Source: Candidatus Parcubacteria bacterium
Lineage (GTDB): Bacteria; Patescibacteriota; Minisyncoccia; Phycocordibacterales; PALSA-1337
Assembly: GCA_963766795.1 (NCBI GenBank)
Contig: CAVYBN010000009.1
Span: 14,740 to 78,739 of the forward strand
Direction: 5' to 3'
DNA: 64,000 bases
Below are positions 49,351 to 57,583 of the stretch, piece after piece (position 1 is the first letter of the stretch; each line of letters opens with the position of its first letter). The translations under genes were made by a program, and so were the position numbers. The notes beneath the pieces are model-generated. The model had not been told where the DNA came from and did no database searches. It saw only the letters and a program-made list of their open reading frames with translations.

Positions 49351-50340
49351 GGAGAGGTATCCCCGCACGGCCTAATTTGCTGATAGAATTACCGCATGGC
49401 CAGGTCATCCAAATACGGGATCCGCGAGCTTCACCGCGATTTTCCGACGAACAAGGCCTGTCTCGAATTCATATTTGATTCGCTTCATACCCGCAGATGT
49501 TCATGCGGCGGTACCTATGCTCTTCGCAATGAGCGCAAAAAATTTCAATGCGGCAGGTGCCGTTCCGAGATCGCCCCGGCCGTCGGTACGGTATTCGAGA
49601 AATCATCGACTCCGTTCGTGCTCTGGTTCCACGCTCTCATGGTTTTCTCCAATGCCAAAAGCGGCGTCTCGGCCAAGCAATTGGAGCGTCACTTGGCCGT
49701 CACATACAAGTGCGCATGGAGGATCCTCCACGAGATCAGAACCTCGCTGAAGCAAGGCATTAAAAGGCTTGTCGGTGATGTTGAAACCGATGGGGCGTAC
49801 TTTGGCGGCAGAAAGACCGGTCCAAAAGACGGAAAGCGGCTCAGGGAGGCCTTCGAGAGGAAATCCAAGGCCATGGCAGCCGTCGAACGAGGCGGGGACA
49901 TGCGAGCCAAGACGGTCATTGGAATGGGAACGGCGCCGACCGGCGATTTCGTTCTCCGTCATATCGAGCCCGGAACGCGCCTCATGACCGACAAGAGCAA
50001 CACATTCGTCAAAGTCGGAAGGCTGTATGATCATCATGCCGTGGACCATCACCGGAAGGAGTATGTCCGCGGGGACGTTCACGTCAACACGGTCGAATCG
50101 TTCTGGTCGCACGTCAAGCGGAGCGTTGCCGGGACGCACAAGGGCGTTTCGAAACAGCATTTGGAGGAGTACCTAAACGGCTTTGTTTTCCACTACAACA
50201 ACCGGAGCAACGACAGGAAACGCTTCCTGACCTTGCTTGATATCGTATTACGCGCCTCAAAAGCGCAAGAAATTCCGCTCTCTTCACGCAACAAAGTATA
50301 TATCAATTCAGCAAATTAGGCCGTGCGGGGATACCTCTGA
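49351..50340 (+). mobile_element. IS1595-family insertion sequence (about 990 bp)
   Basis: Perfect 31-bp terminal IRs, agaggtatccccgcacggcctaatttgctga (49353-83) and its reverse complement (50308-38). TTTTCT lies at both outer flanks (49345-50 and 50341-46). Single transposase ORF. Confidence 0.85.
49396..50319 (+). CDS. IS1595-family (ISXO2-like) DDE transposase with an N-terminal zinc ribbon
   Basis: CSCGG...CGRC zinc ribbon, VETDGAYFGG, LMTDKSNTF, HHAVDHHRKEYVRGDVHVNTVESFWSHVKR. Confidence 0.85.
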   Translation: MARSSKYGIRELHRDFPTNKACLEFIFDSLHTRRCSCGGTYALRNERKKFQCGRCRSEIAPAVGTVFEKSSTPFVLWFHALMVFSNAKSGVSAKQLERHLAVTYKCAWRILHEIRTSLKQGIKRLVGDVETDGAYFGGRKTGPKDGKRLREAFERKSKAMAAVERGGDMRAKTVIGMGTAPTGDFVLRHIEPGTRLMTDKSNTFVKVGRLYDHHAVDHHRKEYVRGDVHVNTVESFWSHVKRSVAGTHKGVSKQHLEEYLNGFVFHYNNRSNDRKRFLTLLDIVLRASKAQEIPLSSRNKVYINSAN

Positions 50341-50471
50341 TTTTCTAGCAAGAAAGATGTGTCATGCCGCCCGCATTTCCATGTCTTTCAACCGCCTGGT
50401 CTGTTTTCTAATCGAGCCAAGCCTTAAAAGAATGCTTGAAACTAATCACTTCTCACTGTAAACTGTAAACT

Positions 50472-51104
50472 ATGATAATAACCTTCCTCGGCGGGGAATT
50501 CGTCAAAGTGCAGTTCGGCGACACGACGCTGGCTTTCAATCCGGTCTCCAAGGATTCGAGCCTGAAGACCGCCAAATTTGGCGCGGACATCGTGCTCTCG
50601 TCTTTGAATCATCCTGACATGAATGGCGTGGACCAAGTCTCATTCGGCGACAAGAAGGCTTTCGCGGTCACGGGTCCCGGCGAATTCGAGATCAAAGGCG
50701 TCTTCATCAAAGGCCTGGCATCCGGTTCGAATTATGACAATGAAAAAAGGATCAACACCATATTCACGGTCGTGCTCGAAGGCATGAATATCTGCTTCCT
50801 GGGCGCGCTCAACGATCCGGAATTGCCGAAAGAAGCCGAGGAGGCCATAGATGGTGTGGATATCCTATTCGTGCCGATCGGCGGCAACGGCGTCTTGGAT
50901 ACAGCCAAGGCTTACAAGCTGGCGGTCTCGATAGGTCCCAAAATCATCATTCCCATCCATTATGGCGACATCGGCGGCAAGGACGCTCTCAAAGCTTTCC
51001 TCAAGGAAGCCGGCGAAAATCCCAAGCCTGAAGCCAAGCTGACCTTGAAGAAGAAGGACTTGGAAGGGAAGGATGCGGATGTTGTGGTACTTGAAAAGGA
51101 GTAG
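50472..51104 (+). CDS. MBL-fold metal-dependent hydrolase (UPF0173-like)
   Basis: 210 aa. MIITFLGGEFVKVQF...DIVLSSLNHPD...VDILFVPIGG...IIPIHYG. Confidence 0.75.
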   Translation: MIITFLGGEFVKVQFGDTTLAFNPVSKDSSLKTAKFGADIVLSSLNHPDMNGVDQVSFGDKKAFAVTGPGEFEIKGVFIKGLASGSNYDNEKRINTIFTVVLEGMNICFLGALNDPELPKEAEEAIDGVDILFVPIGGNGVLDTAKAYKLAVSIGPKIIIPIHYGDIGGKDALKAFLKEAGENPKPEAKLTLKKKDLEGKDADVVVLEKE

Positions 51105-51140
51105 TATGATTATAACGGTTGATTAGAAGACAATCGCCGT

Positions 51141-51272
51141 AAATTCCAAAGACCAAATATCAAATTCCAGAAAAGCTCCAAATTTCAATGATCAAACAGC
51201 ATATGAATTTTTGGAATTTGGGTTTTGAGATTTATCTGGAATTTGTGATTTGAAATTTAAGATTTTAATCGC
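51141..51272. repeat. Family A element, copy 4
   Basis: aaattccaaagaccaaatatcaaattccagaaaagctccaaatttcaa // tttggaatttgggttttgagatttatctggaatttgtgatttgaaattt. Confidence 0.7.
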
Positions 51273-51292
51273 CAATCTTTCAATTAATTATC

Positions 51293-51595
51293 ATGAGCTT
51301 CGCAACCTATATCGAAAACCTGCGCGCCAAGCCGGAGCATGAGCGCAAGCGCTTCGCATTCTGGTCGTCGCTCTGCTTCACGGCGATCATCGCCGCGTTC
51401 TGGCTGGCTTCGTTCACCGGCATCAATATCGGCGCGGAAAGCGCCGTCAGCTCCGCCGTCGCCAAAGCCGGCACGCCGGCGCAATCGTTGGTAGCCGGAG
51501 TCGGCGCATTCGGCGGCGATGTCTGGACGATGTTGACCGGTCCCAAGAAGATCAGCTACGCCGAGATACAGGTCTCGCCGGGGAAATCCCACTGA
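51293..51595 (+). CDS. Small membrane protein, hypothetical
   Basis: 100 aa with one TM (FAFWSSLCFTAIIAAFWLASF). Confidence 0.5.
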   Translation: MSFATYIENLRAKPEHERKRFAFWSSLCFTAIIAAFWLASFTGINIGAESAVSSAVAKAGTPAQSLVAGVGAFGGDVWTMLTGPKKISYAEIQVSPGKSH

Positions 51596-51620
51596 GGTCG
51601 GACCTACGTAGGTCGGACCT
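51594..51620. repeat. REP (family B) tandem half-sites upstream of the RAYT gene
   Basis: gaggtcggacct-acgt-aggtcggacct. Confidence 0.8.
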
Positions 51621-51638
51621 ATGCATCGAGATTAAGGA

Positions 51639-51690
51639 AATTTTAACTTTTCTTCACGATTATTTTAACTTTTCTTATAGGTTTCTTAAT
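51639..51690 (+). repeat. Family H motif, copy 3
   Basis: aattttaacttttcttcacgattattttaacttttcttataggtttcttaat. Identical to the reverse complement of 15595-15646. Confidence 0.8.
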
Positions 51691-51707
51691 CACCCATCTG
51701 ATACTCT

Positions 51708-51734
51708 GAGGTCGGACCTACGGAGGTCCGACCT
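51708..51734. repeat. REP hairpin ending at the RAYT start codon
   Basis: gaggtcggacct-acgg-aggtccgacct, then ATG at 51735. Confidence 0.8.
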
Positions 51735-52295
51735 ATGTATTACCATGTGTACAACCGAGGAGCTCACAAGGCGCCAATATTTCTGGAACCTCAAGATTAT
51801 CAGAGATTCTTGAGACTTTTATATATTTCCAACAGCACGAGATCTTTCATGACTAGGGATTTTGCTGACAGCTCCATATTCACTGCTGATCGAGGGAAAA
51901 ACATCGTATCAATAGCTGCCTATTGTCTTATGCCAAATCACTTCCATATTGTCCTCGAGGAAAACGATGGATGCGGAATGACAAAATTTATGCGTAAGTT
52001 ATGTACCGGATATTCAATGTATTACAACAAAAAATATAAGCATTCCGGCACGATCTTTCAAGGAAAATATAAGTCAAAGTCAGTGATTGACGATGTCTAT
52101 TTTCAAGTTCTTATGAATTATGTGCACTTGAATCCATTCGGTATAGAGGAACCGATGCTTATGAAATCGACATATACAGAACATTTTAAAGAAGCCTTTG
52201 CAGCCTCAAGTAAATACGAATATTCAAGTCTAAAGGATTATTTAGGAGAAAATCGCCCTCAAAAAGTCATTCTCGCCGAGGTCCGACCTACGTAG
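51735..52295 (+). CDS. REP-associated tyrosine transposase (RAYT; IS200-like Y1 HUH transposase)
   Basis: 186 aa. HUH motif CLMPNHFHIVLEE, then SGTIFQGKYKSK, then catalytic-Tyr region NYVHLNP. Confidence 0.85.
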   Translation: MYYHVYNRGAHKAPIFLEPQDYQRFLRLLYISNSTRSFMTRDFADSSIFTADRGKNIVSIAAYCLMPNHFHIVLEENDGCGMTKFMRKLCTGYSMYYNKKYKHSGTIFQGKYKSKSVIDDVYFQVLMNYVHLNPFGIEEPMLMKSTYTEHFKEAFAASSKYEYSSLKDYLGENRPQKVILAEVRPT

Positions 52296-52305
52296 GTCGG
52301 ACCTC
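52278..52305. repeat. REP, perfect 28-bp palindrome overlapping the RAYT stop codon
   Basis: gaggtccgacctacgtaggtcggacctc is its own reverse complement. Confidence 0.9.
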
Positions 52306-52376
52306 GAGGGTAATATAAAACCCCCGCGGCCGGTTTGACGCGGCGCGCGGGGATGGGGAAAGTGGGGGAACGCAAT

Positions 52377-52736
52377 TCAGTCGGGTTTCTGTTTGAGATA
52401 AGCAAGCGTAGCTTCGAGAAACTCGACTTCGCTCGCGAATTCACAGAGGGCCCAGCCATTTTCCACTGTAAGAGTCCGCAAGCAAACCTTAAGCGTAGTA
52501 GCAGAAGCGCTTCCGTGAAGATCTTGTTCGAATCCAACAGAATCTCCGCGGCCTTGAACGAACCATAGGTCATTGCCCAGACGGCCGGGCAACTTGTAGA
52601 GGCGGTGGAAAGCAAGCTTTTTTTCCGAGAACCATGCGATGATTGGCCGATGCCAAACCAAATCGTTCCGTTCCGTTTCTGTCGCTTTGCTGACACGCTC
52701 CACCCAAGAATTATTTGTCTTAGGAGTCGAGTACAT
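52377..52736 (-). CDS. Hypothetical protein
   Basis: 119-aa ORF with a good upstream promoter (52835-52863). An overlapping 145-aa ORF in another frame is less likely. Confidence 0.4.
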   Translation of the reverse strand: MYSTPKTNNSWVERVSKATETERNDLVWHRPIIAWFSEKKLAFHRLYKLPGRLGNDLWFVQGRGDSVGFEQDLHGSASATTLKVCLRTLTVENGWALCEFASEVEFLEATLAYLKQKPD

Positions 52737-52834
52737 TTTTAAGTCTTTTCTAGGTTTATGTTCGCGACCCAGTGGCCTCCTTTCAAGGCCTTTAACGCGT
52801 GAGCTTTCAATGAGCTCGTTTGACTGCTAGCAAT

Positions 52835-52863
52835 AAGATAGCATATATGTATATTGTTGTCAA
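52835..52863 (-). promoter_or_regulatory. Sigma-70-like promoter (TTGACA-17-TATCTT on the minus strand)
   Basis: Shares the block atatatgctatc with the promoter at 63788-63816. Confidence 0.4.
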
Positions 52864-53036
52864 GTCGCTTACTCGCCTCTTTTTTGCTATATAGATGACT
52901 ATATAGCAATTTCACTCGGACATTGAGCAAATGTAATTTGCCCATGATCCTCGTTCATTGCTATAATTAAACAGTAAAAAGGTGCGGTTGTGAGGGCTTT
53001 TTCTTTTTGCAATCAGGTAAGGGTATAGGGGCTGGT

Positions 53037-53123
53037 GTCATCCCCGCGAAAGCGGGGATCCAGGGTCAGACCACAGATATCGAAAGAGGTGATACACTGG
53101 ATTCCCGCGTGCGCGGGAATGAC
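53037..53123. repeat. Family C compound palindromic element, copy 3
   Basis: gtcatccccgcgaaagcggggatccagg ... cactggattcccgcgtgcgcgggaatgac. Confidence 0.85.
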
Positions 53124-53212
53124 AAAAAATCTTTCCTTACTGATTTCCAATCCCAATTTGGTTCCAATCTCTGATTCTGAATTCCTGTACCCTGTATTCT
53201 GAACCCTAATTC

Positions 53213-55767
53213 ATGGCCAAAAAATCCGACAACAACCCAGAGCCAGTTGCACCAATCAGAGCTGAAGGCGCCGGCATCATCGCGCGCTCGATCACGACCG
53301 AGATGCGCGAATCATTCCTCGACTACGCCATGTCGGTCATCACCGACCGCGCATTTGCCGGACGTGCGCGACGGCTTGAAGCCGGTGCATCGCCGCATCC
53401 TCTATGCCATGCACGAGAAGGGTCTGACGTTCCAGGCGAAGTTCCGCAAGTCCGCGGTCGTCGTCGGTGACGTCTTGGGCAATTATCACCCGCACGGCGA
53501 TGTGGCCGTCTATGAATCCATGGTCAAGATGGCGCAGGACTTCACCATGCGCTATCCCTTGATTCAAGGCCAAGGAAACTTCGGCACGGTCGACGGCGAC
53601 TCTGCGGCTGCCATGCGCTACACCGAAGCCAAGATGTCGCGATTGGCGTCAGAGCTGCTGCAAAGACATCGACAAGAATACCGTGGATTTCCGGCCGAAC
53701 TATGACGGCACCAAGAAAGAGCCGTCGGTCCTGCCGACCGCCGTTCCAAACCTGCTCCTGAATGGCACGCTCGGCATCGCCGTCGGCATGGCCACCAACA
53801 TCGCTCCGCACAATCTCGGCGAAGTCGTGGACGCCAGCGTCCATCTCATCGACAATCCAGAAGCTTCGACCGATGACCTCTGCCAATTCATCAAAGGCCC
53901 GGATTTTCCGCTCGGCGCCGTCATTTACGGCGAGAAGGATATTCGGCATGCCTATGCTACCGGCCGCGGCGGCATGACCGTGCGCGGCGAAGCCGAGATC
54001 ACCGAAGACAAGAAGGGCATGTACCAGATCATCATCACCTCCATCCCATTCAGCGTCAACAAGAGCGAGCTCATCATCAAGATCGCCGACTTGGTCCGCG
54101 AGAAAGACATCGAAGGCGTCAAGGCTCTTGCGCGACGAATCAGACAAGGAGCTCCGCATCGTCATTGACCTGAAGCAAGGCTCATACCCGGAAAAAGTCC
54201 TCAATCTTCTGTACAAGCACACGCAATTGGAAGAGACTTTCCATATGAATACGTTGGCGTTGGTCCACGGCGTGCCGCAGACATCTGTCATTGAAATCGA
54301 TCCTGCAGGAATTCGTCACGCATCGCATCGAAGTCATCCGCCGCCGCACCAAGTTCGATCTCGACGCCGCCGAAGCGCGCGAGCACATTTTGCTCGGCTT
54401 GAAGAAAGCCCTTGACCACATAGACGAGATCATCACGCTCATCCGCGCTTCCGCCGATGTCGCCGACGCCAAGGCCGGCTTGATGAAGAAATTCAAGTTC
54501 AGCGACCTTCAGGCGACTGCGATCCTTGAAATGCGCTTGCAGAAGCTGGCAGGTCTCGAACGCAAGAAAGTCCTCGATGAATTGAAAGAAGTGCAGGCGC
54601 TTATCGAAGATTTGAAGGGTATTCTTGGCTCGGAGAAGCGCGTGCGTACCATCATCAAGACCGAGCTTGCCGACATCAAGACGAAATATGGAGACGAGCG
54701 TCGCACAAAAATCGTCAAGCATGGCGTCAAGGAATTCAGCGTCGAGGATCTCATCGCCGACGAGGAGTCGGTGCTGGTCCTCACCAAGGGCGGCTACATC
54801 AAGCGCACCGATCCCGGCGAATATCGCAAACAGAAGCGCGGCGGCGTCGGCGTCGTCGATCTTGATACAAAGGAGGAGGATTTCATATCGCATCTGATCT
54901 TCGCCACGACTCACAACGACCTCCTGTTCTTCACCGACAAAGGCAAGGCCTATCAGCTCAAGATGTTCGAGATCCCCGAAGGCAAGCGCGCCACCAAGGG
55001 CAAATCCATCATGAATTTCCTGTCATTGGCGGAAGGCGAGCGCGTGACTTCGATCTTGCCTATGCCCCACGAATAAGAAGGAGGCTGAAGGATTGTCGCT
55101 CATGATGGTGACTAAGAATGGCACTGGCAAGAAATCGTCAGCCGCTCATTTCAAGGATGTGCGCCGCTCGGGATTGATCGCGATCACTCTCGATCCAGGC
55201 GACGAATTGATCTCCGTCTCATTCGTGTCCAAGTCGGATGAAGTCGTCATCGCCACCAAGGAAGGGCAGTCGATCCACTTCAAAGAGTCTGATGTTAGAG
55301 AGATGGGCAGGAATGCGGCAGGGGTTAGAGTGATCAAATTGGCGGAAATAAAAGAAGCTAGGAGCTCGAAGCTAGGAGCTAGTAGCAAATCTTCCAGCTC
55401 CAAGCTCCCAGCTCCAAGCTCCGATTGTGTCATCTCCGCCGACGTAGTTTCCAAAGACGCCAAGAATCCGGCATTATTCGTCATGAGCTCCAACGGCTAC
55501 GGCAAGAAGACCAAGCTCTCCGAATACAAAGTCCAAGGACGCGGCGGTTCCGGCATCCTGACCATGAATGTCACGCCCAAGACCGGCTCGCTCATGGCCG
55601 CCAAAGTCGTCACCGACGATGTCGAGGAGGTCGTGGCTATGTCCAAGAAATCCCAAGTCATCCGCGTTGCCCTCACAGAGATCCCAGCCTTGTCCCGCGC
55701 CACTCAAGGCGTGCGCGTCATGAAGCTCCGCGACGGCGACCAGCTGGCGAGCTTGATCTGTTTGTAA
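53213..55767 (+). pseudogene. gyrA: DNA gyrase subunit A, reading frame interrupted five times (each break repaired by removing one base)
   Basis: Six track ORFs concatenate to a full GyrA ([11 protein letters not shown]|[19 protein letters not shown]...YHPHGD...|[14 protein letters not shown]...|RDESDKELRIVIDLK...|LKSILQEFVTHRIEVIRRR...|KKEAEGLSLMMVTKNG...). Breaks are at about 53354-56, 53662-64, 54130, 54285 and 55074. Confidence 0.9.
55354..55422. repeat. Family D (GAAGCT/GGAGCT-unit) hairpin block lying in frame in the GyrA C-terminal domain
   Basis: gaagctaggagctcgaagctaggagctag - tagcaaatctt - ccagctccaagctcccagctccaagctcc. Translated as EARSSKLGASSKSSSSKLPAPSS. Confidence 0.7.
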
Positions 55768-55773
55768 GATACA

Positions 55774-56127
55774 ATGCCGAATAATCAAATTTCCATTAAG
55801 TTTGCGGCAGAATTAGTGCCGCTTGTTAAAAACGGGGCAAAGACATTGACATACCGGCTCGGTAACAAATTCGACTTTCTTTCTGAGGGTGATAGAGTTA
55901 ATGTCGCTGATGATGAAGGAATAGTCTTTGCAAAAGTCCGAATTCTCGAAAAGACCAGAACTGCATTTAAGTATCTGCCATTTGATAGATCAGGCCACGA
56001 AACATATAAATCTACTAAAGATATGGCAGAAGTCTTTGAAAGATATTATGGCAGAAAGATCGATCCCCAAGAGAGCGTCATTGTTTTGAAATACGAGCTG
56101 GTAGGGAATATTAAATGTGAACGTTAA
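55774..56127 (+). CDS. ASCH-domain protein
   Basis: 117 aa. ISIKFAAELVPLVKNGAKTLTYRL...GDRVNV pattern of the ASCH/PUA-like fold. Confidence 0.65.
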   Translation: MPNNQISIKFAAELVPLVKNGAKTLTYRLGNKFDFLSEGDRVNVADDEGIVFAKVRILEKTRTAFKYLPFDRSGHETYKSTKDMAEVFERYYGRKIDPQESVIVLKYELVGNIKCER

Positions 56128-56182
56128 CCACAAAACCCGCCTGCCTGACGGTAGACAGGCGGGGGTGTGGTGTTCTTTTATC

Positions 56183-56307
56183 CACGCATTATGAAACTGG
56201 AAGATTTGATAATAAGTCGAGAGATTTCTTCGGATGATAGCCATGTTTCGGTTAAATTATCCACATTTTAGACGACTTATTATCAAAATTTCTAATTTCA
56301 AAAATCG
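56183..56307. repeat. Family G element, copy B (core inverted relative to copy A)
   Basis: IR-L 56206-56217, core 56218-56274, IR-R 56275-56286. Left flank cacgcattatgaaactggaag is identical to copy A. Confidence 0.75.
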
Positions 56308-56456
56308 TCGTTGCGGACAGAGGAGCCAGAGCGCAACGTCAAGTCGGATGAATTCCAGCGGACAAAACCTTTGAGACCTATTATTTGATTGTGCTTTTTG
56401 TCATAACCACAAAACCCGCCTGACTGCCAGCAGGCGGGCCGGAGCGGGTGATTAGT

Positions 56457-56849
56457 TTACAAAGCAAAGAACTTTTTAAGTTGCTCTTTGATCTCAGCGA
56501 GCTTCTTTTCCGAGATCCGGCCTTTACGCGAGAGCACTCTCTTTTGAGAGACTGTCCGAGATTGGTGGACGCATAGGGAAACGGTCCTTCCTTGAAATTC
56601 AAAAGGCAAATAGCCGGCCACTTCTTTGACGCTGGTTGAAAGCGGAACGACCAAGGCCAAATTAGATCCAATGACATGAATGATCAGAGCTGGCCGAGTG
56701 AAAGTCTTTCCTTTTCCGTCGATCTCGCTTCCGATATTCACGCCGAAAGCGACCCAGCGGACTTCTCCGGCACGGATATTGACGCGTCTATCGTCAGAAT
56801 TAAGATGCTTTTGCATCTCATTCCAATTGTCAAAATCTTTAATGTACAT
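56457..56849 (-). CDS. PemK/MazF-family toxin-like protein, no adjacent antitoxin ORF
   Basis: 130 aa. GEVRWVAFGVNIGSEIDGKGKTFTRPALIIHV...VVPLST. Paralogous in pattern to the 42560 ORF. Confidence 0.72.
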   Translation of the reverse strand: MYIKDFDNWNEMQKHLNSDDRRVNIRAGEVRWVAFGVNIGSEIDGKGKTFTRPALIIHVIGSNLALVVPLSTSVKEVAGYLPFEFQGRTVSLCVHQSRTVSQKRVLSRKGRISEKKLAEIKEQLKKFFAL

Positions 56850-57034
56850 TTGCTGTAAATTTACAGACCCCTTGCGGGGCCTGTTGACGCCTTACGGCGA
56901 TGGTAGAAACAGTTTAGCAAATCAGAGTTGAAAGTCAACTAGCGGAGGCATAGTTTCTGTGTCCAAATGGTGTTCATTCTGGATGTCCCCACACCCTTAA
57001 TACCTTTCTACTTTTATACTGTTATACTTAACCT

Positions 57035-57571
57035 ATGTTCTCCGACCCAGCTGTAAATCTGGCCAAACTCGGCCTTTCCCACGGCATGAAAGTCGTCGAC
57101 ATCGGCGCCGGCTCGGGTTTCTACTCCGTCGAAGCCGCCAAACTGGTCGGCTCTGCCGGCCGCGTCTATGCCGTCGACGTGCAGAAAGACCTCTTGGAGC
57201 GCTTGCGCAACCTCGGCTCGAAGCAGGGCCTGCGCAATATCGAGGTCGTCTGGGGCAATGCCGAGAAGATCGGAGGCACCAAGCTCGCCGAGAATATCGC
57301 CGACCGCATCGTCGCCTCGAACGTCCTTTTCCAGATCGTAAAACCGGACGATTTCGCCCTGGAGATGAAGCGCATCCTCAAGCCCGGCGGCAAGATCCTG
57401 ATCGTCGATTGGAGCGAGCTCTCGCCGATCGGCCCGAAGACGCTCGTCTCATCGATTAAGGCACAATCTCTCTTTGAACAGAATGGATTCGCATTAGACC
57501 AATCATTCAATGCCGGCGAGCACCACTACGGATTAGTTATGACCAAGACTGCCGCAAAATCTAATCTCTAA
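57035..57571 (+). CDS. Class I SAM-dependent methyltransferase
   Basis: Motif I VVDIGAGSGFYS, then VYAVDV, then GGKILIVDW. Confidence 0.85.
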   Translation: MFSDPAVNLAKLGLSHGMKVVDIGAGSGFYSVEAAKLVGSAGRVYAVDVQKDLLERLRNLGSKQGLRNIEVVWGNAEKIGGTKLAENIADRIVASNVLFQIVKPDDFALEMKRILKPGGKILIVDWSELSPIGPKTLVSSIKAQSLFEQNGFALDQSFNAGEHHYGLVMTKTAAKSNL

Positions 57572-57583
57572 TCTCTTTTTCTT

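Noticed and set aside
32705-55074. Idea that the 8-nt-anticodon-loop tRNA decodes the +1 frameshift sites in gyrA, ftsA and rpsU as quadruplet codons.
   Set aside because: The possible quadruplet anticodons (GAUC, UGAU, AUCG) do not match the sequences at any of the nine break points. The break contexts are GCA-T-TTG, CAA-A-GAC, CTT-G-CGC, ACA-T-CTG, GAA-T-AAG, GAA-G-ATG, CCC-G-CGG, AGC-G-A-CG and AGC-G-GTC, and they share no common motif.
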